Origin: an uncultured Opitutaceae bacterium
GTDB taxonomy: Bacteria; Verrucomicrobiota; Verrucomicrobiia; Opitutales; UBA2995
Length of the DNA stretch: 64,000 nt
Assembly (NCBI GenBank): GCA_964352065.1
Contig: CAYGQM010000019.1
Coordinates: forward strand, 78-64,077
Reading direction: 5' to 3'
A model generated the notes under the pieces. The model was given only the letters and a program-made list of their open reading frames with translations, ran no database searches and was not told the origin of the DNA. Shown here one piece after another: positions 37,601 through 46,266 of this stretch (within the stretch, counting starts at the first letter, position 1; the number at the start of each line of letters is the position of its first letter). The translations under genes were made by a program, and so were the position numbers.

Positions 37601-40600
37601 GCACTACCGACGTTCCCCGGAGCGAGGTCGTCATTTTCTGCAATCAAGTTAAGACCACTGATGCTCTGCCCCGTGTAGACAGCTAACAGGGTGTCAATCG
37701 CACTGTCTCTGGTAGTAATACTCACTGGACCCGTTTGTGGGGCCACCCAGCTCCACCAAACGGAACTACCTCCCGGTTCTCCCCCATGATTGGGTTCACC
37801 CGTTTCTTTATCGGCCCCTTCATTGCTTCCAAAAATTACCCCTGGATCATACCCCACTATTGTTGAAGGGCTGCTAATCAGGTTGTTCGTTTCAATCAAA
37901 ACGAAGTTGAAAAATATAGTTCCCTCATCTGCCTCCGCGCCCGAGGATTTACCGTCTACAGCGAAGTAATAGGTTTCACCTGCTGAGGCTAGAAAACTGA
38001 TCTGGCTCGCCCCGTCAGGACTGGAGTAGTTATCATTTTCAGTTACCAAAGTGAGCGTGCTGACAAAGTCTCCGGTATACGCAGCGAGCACGGTATCAAG
38101 AGGATCACCATTCGCATTGGCGCTTCCTGCCGTGTCTACTGACACAAGGACATCCGTCTGGGCTTCCCACTTCCACCAGATAGAAGATCCACCAGCATTT
38201 CCGCCGTGACTTGGTTCACCCGCTTCCTTGCTGGCATTGAAGTTGAATGCACTAAAGCTGAAAGATCCACTCCCTACGGGTGCCGCTCTTTCAAATGCAT
38301 CATTAGCGGGTAGCAAGCTGAGATTAAGCTCAACATCTCCAGCAGCCGTATTGCCAGTAACCGGATTGAAGCTTCCATCAATCGCGATGAAATAAGTAGT
38401 TCCTTCGGTTGCAATAAACTGCACGCTACTTGAGGTGTCACTACCAGAGGCGTCGTTGTTGCTAACGATCTCTATCAACTCACCTAATTCGGTTCCGGAA
38501 TAGACTGCCAGGAGTGAGTCGAAGGTGGATCCCGAAGTATCAATTAAAGCCAGTCCGGTCGCGGGAGCAGTCCATTCAAACCAAATCGACTTCCCGCCGG
38601 AATTTCGTGCATGCAATGGTTCAGTAGGTTCCTGAGTTGCTGTCGCATTGGTCGTGGTGATATTGAAGCCGTATCCGAAGATACCAACCGCATCTTCAAA
38701 TTTATCGGCTGGCTCAAACTCTCCACCCCCTGTGGTAGCGTTCGTGAAAGAAAGACTCAAAGCAACATTACCGGTAGCATTCTGGATATCACTACCTGCA
38801 ACGCCATCCACCATGATGAAATAAGTGACTCCACTTTCCACCAATACGGTGAGTGAACTTCCCAAGTCTTCAATACTGGCATTGTCATTAAAACCAACCA
38901 GAGTCAGATCATCTACGCTGCTTCCGAAAGCAATTGCCAGGATCGTATCGAAATCGCTTTCCAGAGTATTAATTCTCAGCTGTCCCTGTGCGGGAGCCGT
39001 CCATTGCCACCAGACGGAGCGACCGAATGTGTTGAATTCCTGAAATCCTTCGCCAAGTTCTGACGACGCGGCGTAATTATTTGCCGCCACATCACCCTCA
39101 ATACCCGGTATATCTTGAGCAAGTGAGAAATTGTCGTTCGCCGGTGCTTCGGTAAACCCGTAGTTCAACAACGCAGTTCCACGTTCACCTTCTCCGCTTT
39201 CGTTAAGTCCATCAACGGCAATCTTATAGCTGGTACCACCAAATACTGGAGTGCTGATAAACGAAACGACCTTACCAGGCTCGGCATTATCATTCGATGC
39301 TACCTCAGTCAGGCTATTGACTGTATCTCCTGTGTAGACAGCCAACAAGGTATCAAAGTCCGAAGCGGATGTATCCAAATCGATGCGACCATCTGCAGGA
39401 GCAATCCACTCCCACCAAATGGATCTATCACCAATATTCTCGGCGTGAACGGGCTCCCCAACCTCATGAGTTGCAAAATCAGTTACGCCTGACGTCGTGC
39501 CCGAGTCATCAGTGAGAAGAATGCGATCTATGAAATCATCATTTTCAGAAATCATAAACAGGCTAAGAACGATATCACCAAAGGCACCGTCTTTACCATC
39601 AACCGCGAGCTTGTACGACTGACCCGCTTCAGCGAGAATAACCACTCGGCTGGAGGTTATAACGCCTCCAAGGTCGTCATTGGCGGTGACATTTGAAAGT
39701 CCCGCGATAGTGTCTCCGGTGTAAACAGACAACAGCGTGTCTATCTCACTACCAGCTGTATCAATCACAACCATACCTTCTGCCGGTGCGAGATAGTCAT
39801 ACCATACAGAACTACCGCCTGCGTTGCTCGCATGATTACTTTCCCCCGCTTCCTTACCCGCGTTGTTGGTATAACTTTCAATCAGAAACGATCCTCCCGT
39901 AAGCAGCGTAGCATCTGAGAAGAAATCATTGAATGGAGAAAGACTCAATGAGAGCTGTATATTGCCCGTTGCAATCGTATTACCAACGAAATCATATTTA
40001 CCATCCACAGCTATAAAATACTTTTGACCTTCATTCACAGACAGCACGACCTGACTGGTTCCGTCTGGAGCAAACGCCGCAAAATCATCATTGGAAGCCA
40101 ACGCCAACAAGTTGGAAAGGCTAGTTCCCCGGTAGACTCCAAGAAGGGTATCAAAATCGCTGCCATCCGTTGATACGGTCAAATTTCCGCTATTCGGTGC
40201 GATCCATTCGAACCACACTGATCGACCGCCAGAGTTGCTGGCATGCAGGGGTTCGCCCGGCTCCTTAAAGGCATTCTCATTACTTTGGAAGGCTTCAGAA
40301 TTAAAGCCCGACATATCAATCGCACCATCAAAAGTTCCTACGATCGCTGCTTGCACGAGTTCCAGTTCCAATTCGAACTGGGTAGGTAATCCACGTATGG
40401 CAAAAAAGTATTCTTGATTCTCACCGACAGGGAGAGATACTGTTTTATTAACACCAATCGCCAACTGTCCGTTTTCGAAGTCGACAAAGTTATCTCCGAC
40501 ATAGGCTGCTACACTCAGGTCTTCAGTCAGAGAAACCGCTGAAATGTTCAAGATACCATCTGAAGGTGCTGTCCAACGATACCAGACAGAACCACCGGCG

Positions 40601-43600
40601 ACTGCATCTTCTGTCGTTGAATGAGACGGCTCACCAGCCTCCATATCTGCGTTAAAGGTTGTGTGAATGATTCCTTCGTTTACGCCGGTGAGTTCCCAAG
40701 CATTCTCCAGATCGTTATTAGCAGGCATGGACACACTGACCCTTAGCAATCCTGAGGCTCCATTTTTTCCATCAACAGCTACACGGTACCGTTCGCCAGC
40801 AACTGCTTCAAAGACAATTTTTCCGTAGAGATTTCCATCAAAGTCATCGCTAGAGCCCACCAGATTCAACTGCGCAAGCGCGTCTCCTGTATAGACAGCA
40901 AGTAGGGAATCAACAAGACTACCTTCCGTGCTGATTTCTACGGGACCCGTCGATGGAGAAACCCATGACCACCAAAGCGACTTTCCGCCGGCTACTCCTC
41001 CGTGAACGGGTTCTCCCACTTGAAGATCAGCAGCGCCGTTGTTTCCTTCGTCCTGATCAACAAACCCTGATAGGATAAAGGATTGTTGGAAATCGTTATT
41101 GTTGGTCCGTGTAGTTAGGGATAGTGTAATTTGCCCCTCAAGAGCACCAAAACCGGCATTGTAGCCATCTATAGCTATAAAGTATTCAGTTCCAGCTGTT
41201 CCAGTAAAAGCCACCTGAGATGCCAAATCTGGACTTGTGTAATTATCATTCGAATCCACTTCCACAAGGGAGCCTAAGCTATTCCCCGTATATACCCCAA
41301 GAAGCGTATCAAAATCACTTCCAGAAGTGTCGATAATCACCTGACCATTCGAAGGCGCGGTCCAACGCCACCATGAGGACCTACCCCCGATATTTCCAGC
41401 GTGGTCCGGTTCACCTAACTCTTCAGTTGCATTCAAGTTAAAGCCGCCAACGCTCAATGAAGTGCCGGCAATTACACTGGCATTTTCGAAAAGATCATTC
41501 TGTGGCAAAAGATTTAATTGCAGGTATATATCTCCCTCAGTCGTTGTGGATCCATCAAATTCACCGTCCACTGCAATCCAGTAAGTAGTCCCACCGATTG
41601 CTAAGAAATTAACTTCACTGGTCTCACCAGGTCCACTATCATTGTCACTCGCTACTTCCTGGAGGCTAGTGATCTCGTCGCCAACATAAACTGCCAGTAT
41701 CGTATCAAAATAACTGTCTGGAAAAGCGATAGGATCGAAGTCATCCCAATAGGTCTTTAAATTGACCAATCCATCTGCTGGTGCAGTCCATTTCCACCAC
41801 GCAGATTTACCAGCTGCGTTCCCACCATGTTGGGGCTCAAGTGGCTCCTGAGTTGCGTTGTAATTATCTCCCTGTGCGGTAATCGTATAGAGATCATCCG
41901 CATCGTCACCAAGATCCTCAGCATTACTGAAATTATCATTATACTCCTGAATGATCTTTAAAGTGATATTACCTTCTGAAGGCACGGCACCTATGGGGCC
42001 ATCCACCGCGATACGGTATACGATTCCACGCTGCGCTACGAATCGAACAGCACTATCAGAAGTATACAAGACGATGGGTTGGCCTGTCTGTGGATCCGTT
42101 TCAATTCCTGTAACATTGTCCCCAACGAGAGTAGGCTCCAGGGAGTTTAATTGCCCACCCGTGTAAACCGCGATAACTGGCTTCCAGTTGATTTCGTCAA
42201 GAACAGTCGTCGCAGTCGTTGAGATAGAAACCGTTCCAGTCGTAGGAGCTTCCCAAGACCACCAGATCGACTTACCCACACTCGCAAGCGCGTGATTAGG
42301 CTCTCCGCCTTCTCGACCTGCGGTGACGTTACTGGAATCTTCCTCATGTGCGAGGGATTTGAGAAATTGACTCGAGTCGTTGGTATAAGAAAAGAGGTCA
42401 TTGAAGGTCTCAAAAGACAGATCGAATTTGTAATCACCAAAGTCTCCACCCGCACCGTCCAAGGCGATTGAAAAAATATCTCCTTTGTCAACCGACAAAC
42501 GGATTTCGCTGGTGTCAACGGTTCCGTCTTTGTTGTCATTGCCCGCTACTTGAGTCAGATTCGTAAGGCTCGGCCCACGGTAAACGCCCAGAAGGGTATC
42601 AAAGTTACTGCCATCGGTAGAAAGGATAACGTCACCAACCGCCACAGAAGTCCAAGAGAACCAAACTGATTTTCCTCCTACTACACCCGCATGGTCGGGT
42701 TCAGCGCCTTCGAAAGTCGCAGCGGCGGTATTTCCTACAACCGTTGCTGCAAATCCTCCAAGGAAACGACGGTCGTCGAAGAAGTCATTATCCACGGGCG
42801 TGGGTTGGCTCAAATCATACTGAGTTACAAAGCCGGCGGATAACCCCGGATCGATGTTGATCGTATTCCCAATGGTATCTTCTCCACGAAGATATTGAAC
42901 ATCCGATGGGCTAGCTGTGGCGTCAACCGTCGTGAAGAAATCCGTGGAGTTTGTGTAGCCGGTTACAAATACGCGGCTCGGATCAAAAGTGCTATTAATT
43001 GCCACCTTATTGCCTTCGTCATCACTGAATCCACCGAGGTAGGTACTAAAATCGAGCGAAGATCCATCCACACTAAAGTTGGCGATAAAAACATCTTTGC
43101 TGCCGTTTGCAACAATATCGAATGCATTGCTTGATACAGGAAAATCTTCCGAGGCTGTAAAACCGGTTACGACTGCTTCATCATCAGCATTAATCACAAT
43201 GGATTGTAAAACATCATCCGCTTCTCCACCCAGATAGGTGCTAAATACCATCTGATCATTGTTATCAAGCTGGGTGGGATCCAACTTAAACAACCATCCA
43301 TTCAATCCACCTTCGTATTTAGTCTGCAAAGCATCATTAGAAGTTGGAAAATCAGTCGAAGAGGTAGATCCACCGATATAAAGCAACCCAGCAGAATCAA
43401 TTGCGATATCATAACCGACATCATCGGCGTCGAACTGACTACCTCCAGGCGTAGGTGTAAATCCGTCTTCACCCACTCCCTGCTCACCGTCGCCACCTTC
43501 ACCAAGTCCGCGAGGTCCGCCACCCAACCAGGTAGCATAGGTCAAAGCATCCAGACGCGCGATTTGCCCTGCCAGTAACACCGCAGTGTAATTCGCACGG

Positions 43601-45837
43601 GCGGCATCATAGGCAGACACAACATCCGCATAATCAGCAAGTGCATCGGCCCGGGCATCAAGGACATCTTGCTCTGCAGGTGTCGGAGCAAATGGGTCGG
43701 CAGCCTCGTAGTCTGGTACCGCTTGAGGAAGCTCGTAAGTCCAACGCGGAACAGACCCAAGATTCGAAACATTGAAAATTTGTAGGTCATCAGAATAACC
43801 CTGCAGAGCTATCGCATAAGCATTCAAATCCGACGCATATTGAATAAAGCCATCTTCATCGCCTAAGTCAGTATCGAATTCGGGAACGTCAGCGACTGGC
43901 TGAGTTGGAGGCGTAACAAGGCTCGGAGCTGATTCAGGACTAATCTCGATCGCAAACGAATCGAATCCCCCGTTAAAGCTACTGTCGAATGAGGTGTAGT
44001 TGTTCGTTATAGGAAAACTGTTTATTAGAGTAATCACTCCCGTTTCTTCGTCTACTTCCTCAGCAACGATAGGAAAATAAATAATAGGGAATGGCGCCGA
44101 GTCGTCTGGATCTGTATCGAACGATTTGGAGGCGCCTGTGGCCCAGATATGCACATCACTGATATTGGAATCATCCACGGAAACTTCGTAAAGGTAATCG
44201 TCTTCACCTCCAGCAATCAGGGTTGAATACTCAATGTCTGAAACAGCACCTATCGGATTTGCTGCCAATACCGTCACGAACGAGTCGATCGTTCCACCAC
44301 CTAAAAAACGGGGTTGAAGGTTAATGGCGTTATCCGTAACCGGAAAGATCTGGAACCCCGTAAAATCCAAATTCGGCTCGATCGGCGTCGTCGTGCCAAC
44401 TATATAAGCTCGACCCGCACTGTCCACATCGATGCCATAAGCAACGTCATACATCAATCCGTTGGCAGCACCTTCTCCGAGAAGCGCACTGTAAACGATA
44501 TCATCACCTTGTGGATTCAGTTTAAGAACAATAGCATCCTCAGTGTTGGTTCCGTCACCGAATCCTAAATTCGCCGACTCTGCAATCAACGTAAAGCTGT
44601 CCAAAGGCACTGGGTTGTGCAGTAACCCAACGTATTCGCCTTCTTCGTATGAAACCTGGGTGTAGTACCGATAGTCTGCAGGAAAGTCTTCGGAAGCAGT
44701 AGCCCCTGCTACATAGACGCTACCAGACGCATCCAGTGCCAAGTCGTAAGCGACGTCTTGGCCACTGCCGCCGCTACCGTTGGTTTGTCCTGCCCCACCA
44801 ATATAAGTGCTCCACTCAAAGCTCAGCCCGTCAGGTGCAACTTTGGACACAAAAATATCCGACGTTCCACCGTTGTAGCTACTGTCCAAAGTACCTGAAA
44901 ACTGAGTCGTTGGAAAATCGAACGAAGATGTCACACCCGTAAGATAAACATGTCCGGTATCGTCTACTTCGATACCATAAGCAACCTCCCCACCGGTTCC
45001 TCCGAAAATCTTTGAGTATTCAATAACAGGATCAATTACCAGAGGAAGTGTCTCATCATAGTCCTTAACCAGGAATTGCACAGTTTCTTCATCAATCAAA
45101 TGAAACTCACCTTCTACCTGAATGGAATTTCCGTCTACGACCTGATAAATATACGGACGACGCTGAACCAAATCACCGTCATGAATCCTCAAGATCAAAT
45201 CTCCAGATGCATTTACACTGAGCTCTTCAACCCCATCAAATTTCATCCGAATATTTTCAAATGAAGCTCCTGGTTGAACGATAAAATCATATTGCACTTG
45301 GCGCTGGTTACCGTAGTAAACCACATCGATTCCGTCGTAGAGATTCTTGTACCGCACCTTTTGAAATGTGGAAACGTTACGCACCCACTTTTCGCGGTCC
45401 CGTCCTCGAAAATAATTTACCTTGGAGGCAAGCTCTCCTTCTGACTCCATTCGGACATCTTCATTAGATCCATCAAACTGCATGCGAACCGCATACGCTT
45501 GCGGAACTTCCGGCATCTTATGTGAAGAAGGAATTCCGGATTTGAATGAAGGGGCTTCAGTAACCGGCTGATAAATCATCATGATCCGCTCTTCGGGAGT
45601 GAGAAGTAGCTGATAACCTAAACCGCGGGCGACATACTTAACCCGATCGTCGAGCTGACCGCGGTTTTCCTCAAAATGGAGAGGAATCGCATCAAACCGC
45701 TGGAGGGTCTCGTTGGAGGGGGACTCTGAGATCTCTCCAGCAGACTCGGCTTGTGACCAAACTGATGAGAAAAGGAAACCTAGGGTCAAGACAGTGAGTA
45801 GTTTTTTTGTCATAGGGACAGGTATTAATTTAAACAT
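34687..45837 (-). CDS. Giant secreted protein (3,716 aa): signal peptide, SBBP-type beta-propeller region, 18 tandem ~135-aa modules, twin C-terminal module
   Basis: 'MTKKLLTVLTLGFLFSSVWSQAES' signal peptide (alternative start ATG 45813). 'PLHFEENRGQ' N-domain. Repeated '...YSTYLGG...D.A.DSSG..Y..G.T.S.DFP' SBBP-like units. A single uninterrupted 11-kb ORF. Confidence 0.9.
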   Translation of the reverse strand: MFKLIPVPMTKKLLTVLTLGFLFSSVWSQAESAGEISESPSNETLQRFDAIPLHFEENRGQLDDRVKYVARGLGYQLLLTPEERIMMIYQPVTEAPSFKSGIPSSHKMPEVPQAYAVRMQFDGSNEDVRMESEGELASKVNYFRGRDREKWVRNVSTFQKVRYKNLYDGIDVVYYGNQRQVQYDFIVQPGASFENIRMKFDGVEELSVNASGDLILRIHDGDLVQRRPYIYQVVDGNSIQVEGEFHLIDEETVQFLVKDYDETLPLVIDPVIEYSKIFGGTGGEVAYGIEVDDTGHVYLTGVTSSFDFPTTQFSGTLDSSYNGGTSDIFVSKVAPDGLSFEWSTYIGGAGQTNGSGGSGQDVAYDLALDASGSVYVAGATASEDFPADYRYYTQVSYEEGEYVGLLHNPVPLDSFTLIAESANLGFGDGTNTEDAIVLKLNPQGDDIVYSALLGEGAANGLMYDVAYGIDVDSAGRAYIVGTTTPIEPNLDFTGFQIFPVTDNAINLQPRFLGGGTIDSFVTVLAANPIGAVSDIEYSTLIAGGEDDYLYEVSVDDSNISDVHIWATGASKSFDTDPDDSAPFPIIYFPIVAEEVDEETGVITLINSFPITNNYTSFDSSFNGGFDSFAIEISPESAPSLVTPPTQPVADVPEFDTDLGDEDGFIQYASDLNAYAIALQGYSDDLQIFNVSNLGSVPRWTYELPQAVPDYEAADPFAPTPAEQDVLDARADALADYADVVSAYDAARANYTAVLLAGQIARLDALTYATWLGGGPRGLGEGGDGEQGVGEDGFTPTPGGSQFDADDVGYDIAIDSAGLLYIGGSTSSTDFPTSNDALQTKYEGGLNGWLFKLDPTQLDNNDQMVFSTYLGGEADDVLQSIVINADDEAVVTGFTASEDFPVSSNAFDIVANGSKDVFIANFSVDGSSLDFSTYLGGFSDDEGNKVAINSTFDPSRVFVTGYTNSTDFFTTVDATASPSDVQYLRGEDTIGNTINIDPGLSAGFVTQYDLSQPTPVDNDFFDDRRFLGGFAATVVGNTAAATFEGAEPDHAGVVGGKSVWFSWTSVAVGDVILSTDGSNFDTLLGVYRGPSLTNLTQVAGNDNKDGTVDTSEIRLSVDKGDIFSIALDGAGGDFGDYKFDLSFETFNDLFSYTNDSSQFLKSLAHEEDSSNVTAGREGGEPNHALASVGKSIWWSWEAPTTGTVSISTTATTVLDEINWKPVIAVYTGGQLNSLEPTLVGDNVTGIETDPQTGQPIVLYTSDSAVRFVAQRGIVYRIAVDGPIGAVPSEGNITLKIIQEYNDNFSNAEDLGDDADDLYTITAQGDNYNATQEPLEPQHGGNAAGKSAWWKWTAPADGLVNLKTYWDDFDPIAFPDSYFDTILAVYVGDEITSLQEVASDNDSGPGETSEVNFLAIGGTTYWIAVDGEFDGSTTTEGDIYLQLNLLPQNDLFENASVIAGTSLSVGGFNLNATEELGEPDHAGNIGGRSSWWRWTAPSNGQVIIDTSGSDFDTLLGVYTGNSLGSLVEVDSNDNYTSPDLASQVAFTGTAGTEYFIAIDGYNAGFGALEGQITLSLTTRTNNNDFQQSFILSGFVDQDEGNNGAADLQVGEPVHGGVAGGKSLWWSWVSPSTGPVEISTEGSLVDSLLAVYTGDALAQLNLVGSSDDFDGNLYGKIVFEAVAGERYRVAVDGKNGASGLLRVSVSMPANNDLENAWELTGVNEGIIHTTFNADMEAGEPSHSTTEDAVAGGSVWYRWTAPSDGILNISAVSLTEDLSVAAYVGDNFVDFENGQLAIGVNKTVSLPVGENQEYFFAIRGLPTQFELELELVQAAIVGTFDGAIDMSGFNSEAFQSNENAFKEPGEPLHASNSGGRSVWFEWIAPNSGNLTVSTDGSDFDTLLGVYRGTSLSNLLALASNDDFAAFAPDGTSQVVLSVNEGQKYFIAVDGKYDFVGNTIATGNIQLSLSLSPFNDFFSDATLLTGGSFLIESYTNNAGKEAGESNHASNAGGSSVWYDYLAPAEGMVVIDTAGSEIDTLLSVYTGDTIAGLSNVTANDDLGGVITSSRVVILAEAGQSYKLAVDGKDGAFGDIVLSLFMISENDDFIDRILLTDDSGTTSGVTDFATHEVGEPVHAENIGDRSIWWEWIAPADGRIDLDTSASDFDTLLAVYTGDTVNSLTEVASNDNAEPGKVVSFISTPVFGGTSYKIAVDGLNESGEGERGTALLNYGFTEAPANDNFSLAQDIPGIEGDVAANNYAASSELGEGFQEFNTFGRSVWWQWTAPAQGQLRINTLESDFDTILAIAFGSSVDDLTLVGFNDNASIEDLGSSLTVLVESGVTYFIMVDGVAGSDIQNATGNVALSLSFTNATTGGGEFEPADKFEDAVGIFGYGFNITTTNATATQEPTEPLHARNSGGKSIWFEWTAPATGLALIDTSGSTFDSLLAVYSGTELGELIEIVSNNDASGSDTSSSVQFIATEGTTYFIAIDGSFNPVTGNTAAGDVELNLSLLPANDAFERAAPVGSGSFSFSAFNFNASKEAGEPSHGGNAGGSSIWWKWEAQTDVLVSVDTAGSANANGDPLDTVLAAYTGDFVSTLTLVTENDNYSSPDGASQISFLASAGETYYFAVDGKSSGAEADEGTIFFNFVLIETNNLISSPSTIVGYDPGVIFGSNEGADKETGEPNHGGEPGGSSVWWSWVAPQTGPVSITTRDSAIDTLLAVYTGQSISGLNLIAENDDLAPGNVGSAVLFDAVQGTEYQIAVDGKDGATGGIQLRLKSPSNDDFAGAIEVSGPEFSVTSHNFETSIEEGEPNHLEESAGRSVWWKWTSPKDGRVSVSTAGSDFDTIIAIYAGTSLDTLALIAGEDDGPNNEKTGAVSFNAANGAVYYILVDGSDDQLAGEETDFVGTIELSLVLERQRVVGSFSGGDILIGNAASITVNNSEAFQEPGEPQHAGNAGGKSLWFTWTAPANGTLFLDTAGSSINTLLGVYEGNSVSTLTEVSSNDDVLPGINTSAVAFGVLAGTTYHIAVDGVFDPVSGITEAGSINLNLVLGATNNDFTNAIPITGSKGTFTSFVNNADAELAEPFHAGVAPNHSVWWRLSPEINGIAILDTAGSDFDTVLAVYEGSSMGSLIPVANGSSNNHTSPDLTSQVVFQVLAGTVYYIAVDAVTLEPDQGKVFLSFSAVGSSGGDNFADCGELNGFTDTSSASNQFATRESGEPMHANSPGGKSVWWCWTAPGNGIVRITTDESTIATLVGAYVGPLVTSLISVTPIEDPQREDPTSLAFEAIAGTTYRIAVDGAVVDNEVAGGIIFIQLGLSPENDDFEDSFDLGNENSVIANGNNYNGTVQDGEPVHGGVSGGKSSWWSWSPAVKGMVVIDTMGSTFDTSIGVYRGAGLMALNEIGGNDDAGASVSYSRLEFLAIPGRTYHIAVDGVEGDEGEIVLNINLTPIDEVELVNVSTRGWVGVDQETMIAGFVVKGDGLQSSRVLIRALGNSLVQGGLDPADVVPNPDLLLVKDGIVVGSNASWINGTSPALVAQFGLAPIDPNEAVLVADLLPGAYTVHVRDSEGRTGIGLVEVYYVEDENSGGVSSRLINISTRALVGSGDQRTIGGFVVTGSRPKEVLIRAIGPSLGAAGVSGALGDSKLELFAGGNKITENDDWQSAANSATVASLLAPADAKESAILITLEPGAYTAIMSGANGSTGIGLVEIYEVSE
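34690..35475 (-). repeat. Twin C-terminal module (2 x ~125 aa), also present in the neighbouring Calx-beta protein
   Basis: 'LVNVSTRGWVGVDQETMIAGFVVKG...VLIRALGNSL...LLPGAYTVHVR...GIGLVEVYYV' and 'LINISTRALVGSGDQRTIGGFVVTG...VLIRAIGPSL...LEPGAYTAIMS...GIGLVEIYEV'. Confidence 0.9.
35480..42800 (-). repeat. 18 tandem, diverged copies of a ~135-aa protein module (about 405-nt period)
   Basis: Each copy starts 'ND.F' and carries 'GEP.H(A/G)...GG(K/R)S(V/I)WW.WTAP..G.....T.GS.FDT(L/I)L.VY.G.SL..L..VA.NDD......Y.IAVDG'. I counted 18 copies in the translation. End coordinates are approximate. Confidence 0.9.
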
Positions 45838-46266
45838 TTAAAGAGCTAATAAGTAGGAGCAGGCTGCGAGCGTGGCACAATTGGTTCTAAATTCATTTAC
45901 CATCCTCCCATTCGATACTGTACTAAGGGGGAATCAGAAGCTAAGAGCCGACATAGCTGGCTTTTTTAGAAAAATTTGAAATCTAGAGGAAATCCCTCCG
46001 TATATAGAACCTCATCTGGGAGTACCCCACTGTGAGCCTTGGATAACCATTCTAACCCTAAGGTCTCGTAGGCCCATAAACACAGGGGATAAGCGGGCAA
46101 TCAGCTTGTTTAGGAGAAGCGATAAGAAAGTATTTATCACTGCGCGATCCATACCCACCTGAAGATTCATTGACACCTTGTCCCAATGATCCGTGTTAAT
46201 TAGTTTCTAAAAACCATCAAGGTGCAGAAAACCTTAGAAAACCAAGATTTCTGGGGGCCTTGTCGT

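Noticed and set aside
35480-42800. Regular ~405-nt periodicity that could at first look like a repeat array or CRISPR
   Set aside because: The period is far too long for CRISPR. The repeats are diverged and lie in one continuous reading frame, so they are protein-domain repeats.
34778-45264. Many 60-130-aa plus-strand ORFs inside the giant gene
   Set aside because: They are shadow ORFs of a long repetitive, relatively GC-rich coding region. None has family motifs or a plausible start context.
45873-45888. TGGCAC-N5-GTTC, reminiscent of a sigma-54 -24/-12 promoter
   Set aside because: The -12 element is TC where GC is required. The motif also points along the plus strand, where there is no downstream gene.
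45946-45967. AGCC...GGCT stem followed by TTTTTT (terminator-like) on the plus strand
   Set aside because: It has only 4 solid base pairs with a 9-nt loop, and no plus-strand gene lies upstream.
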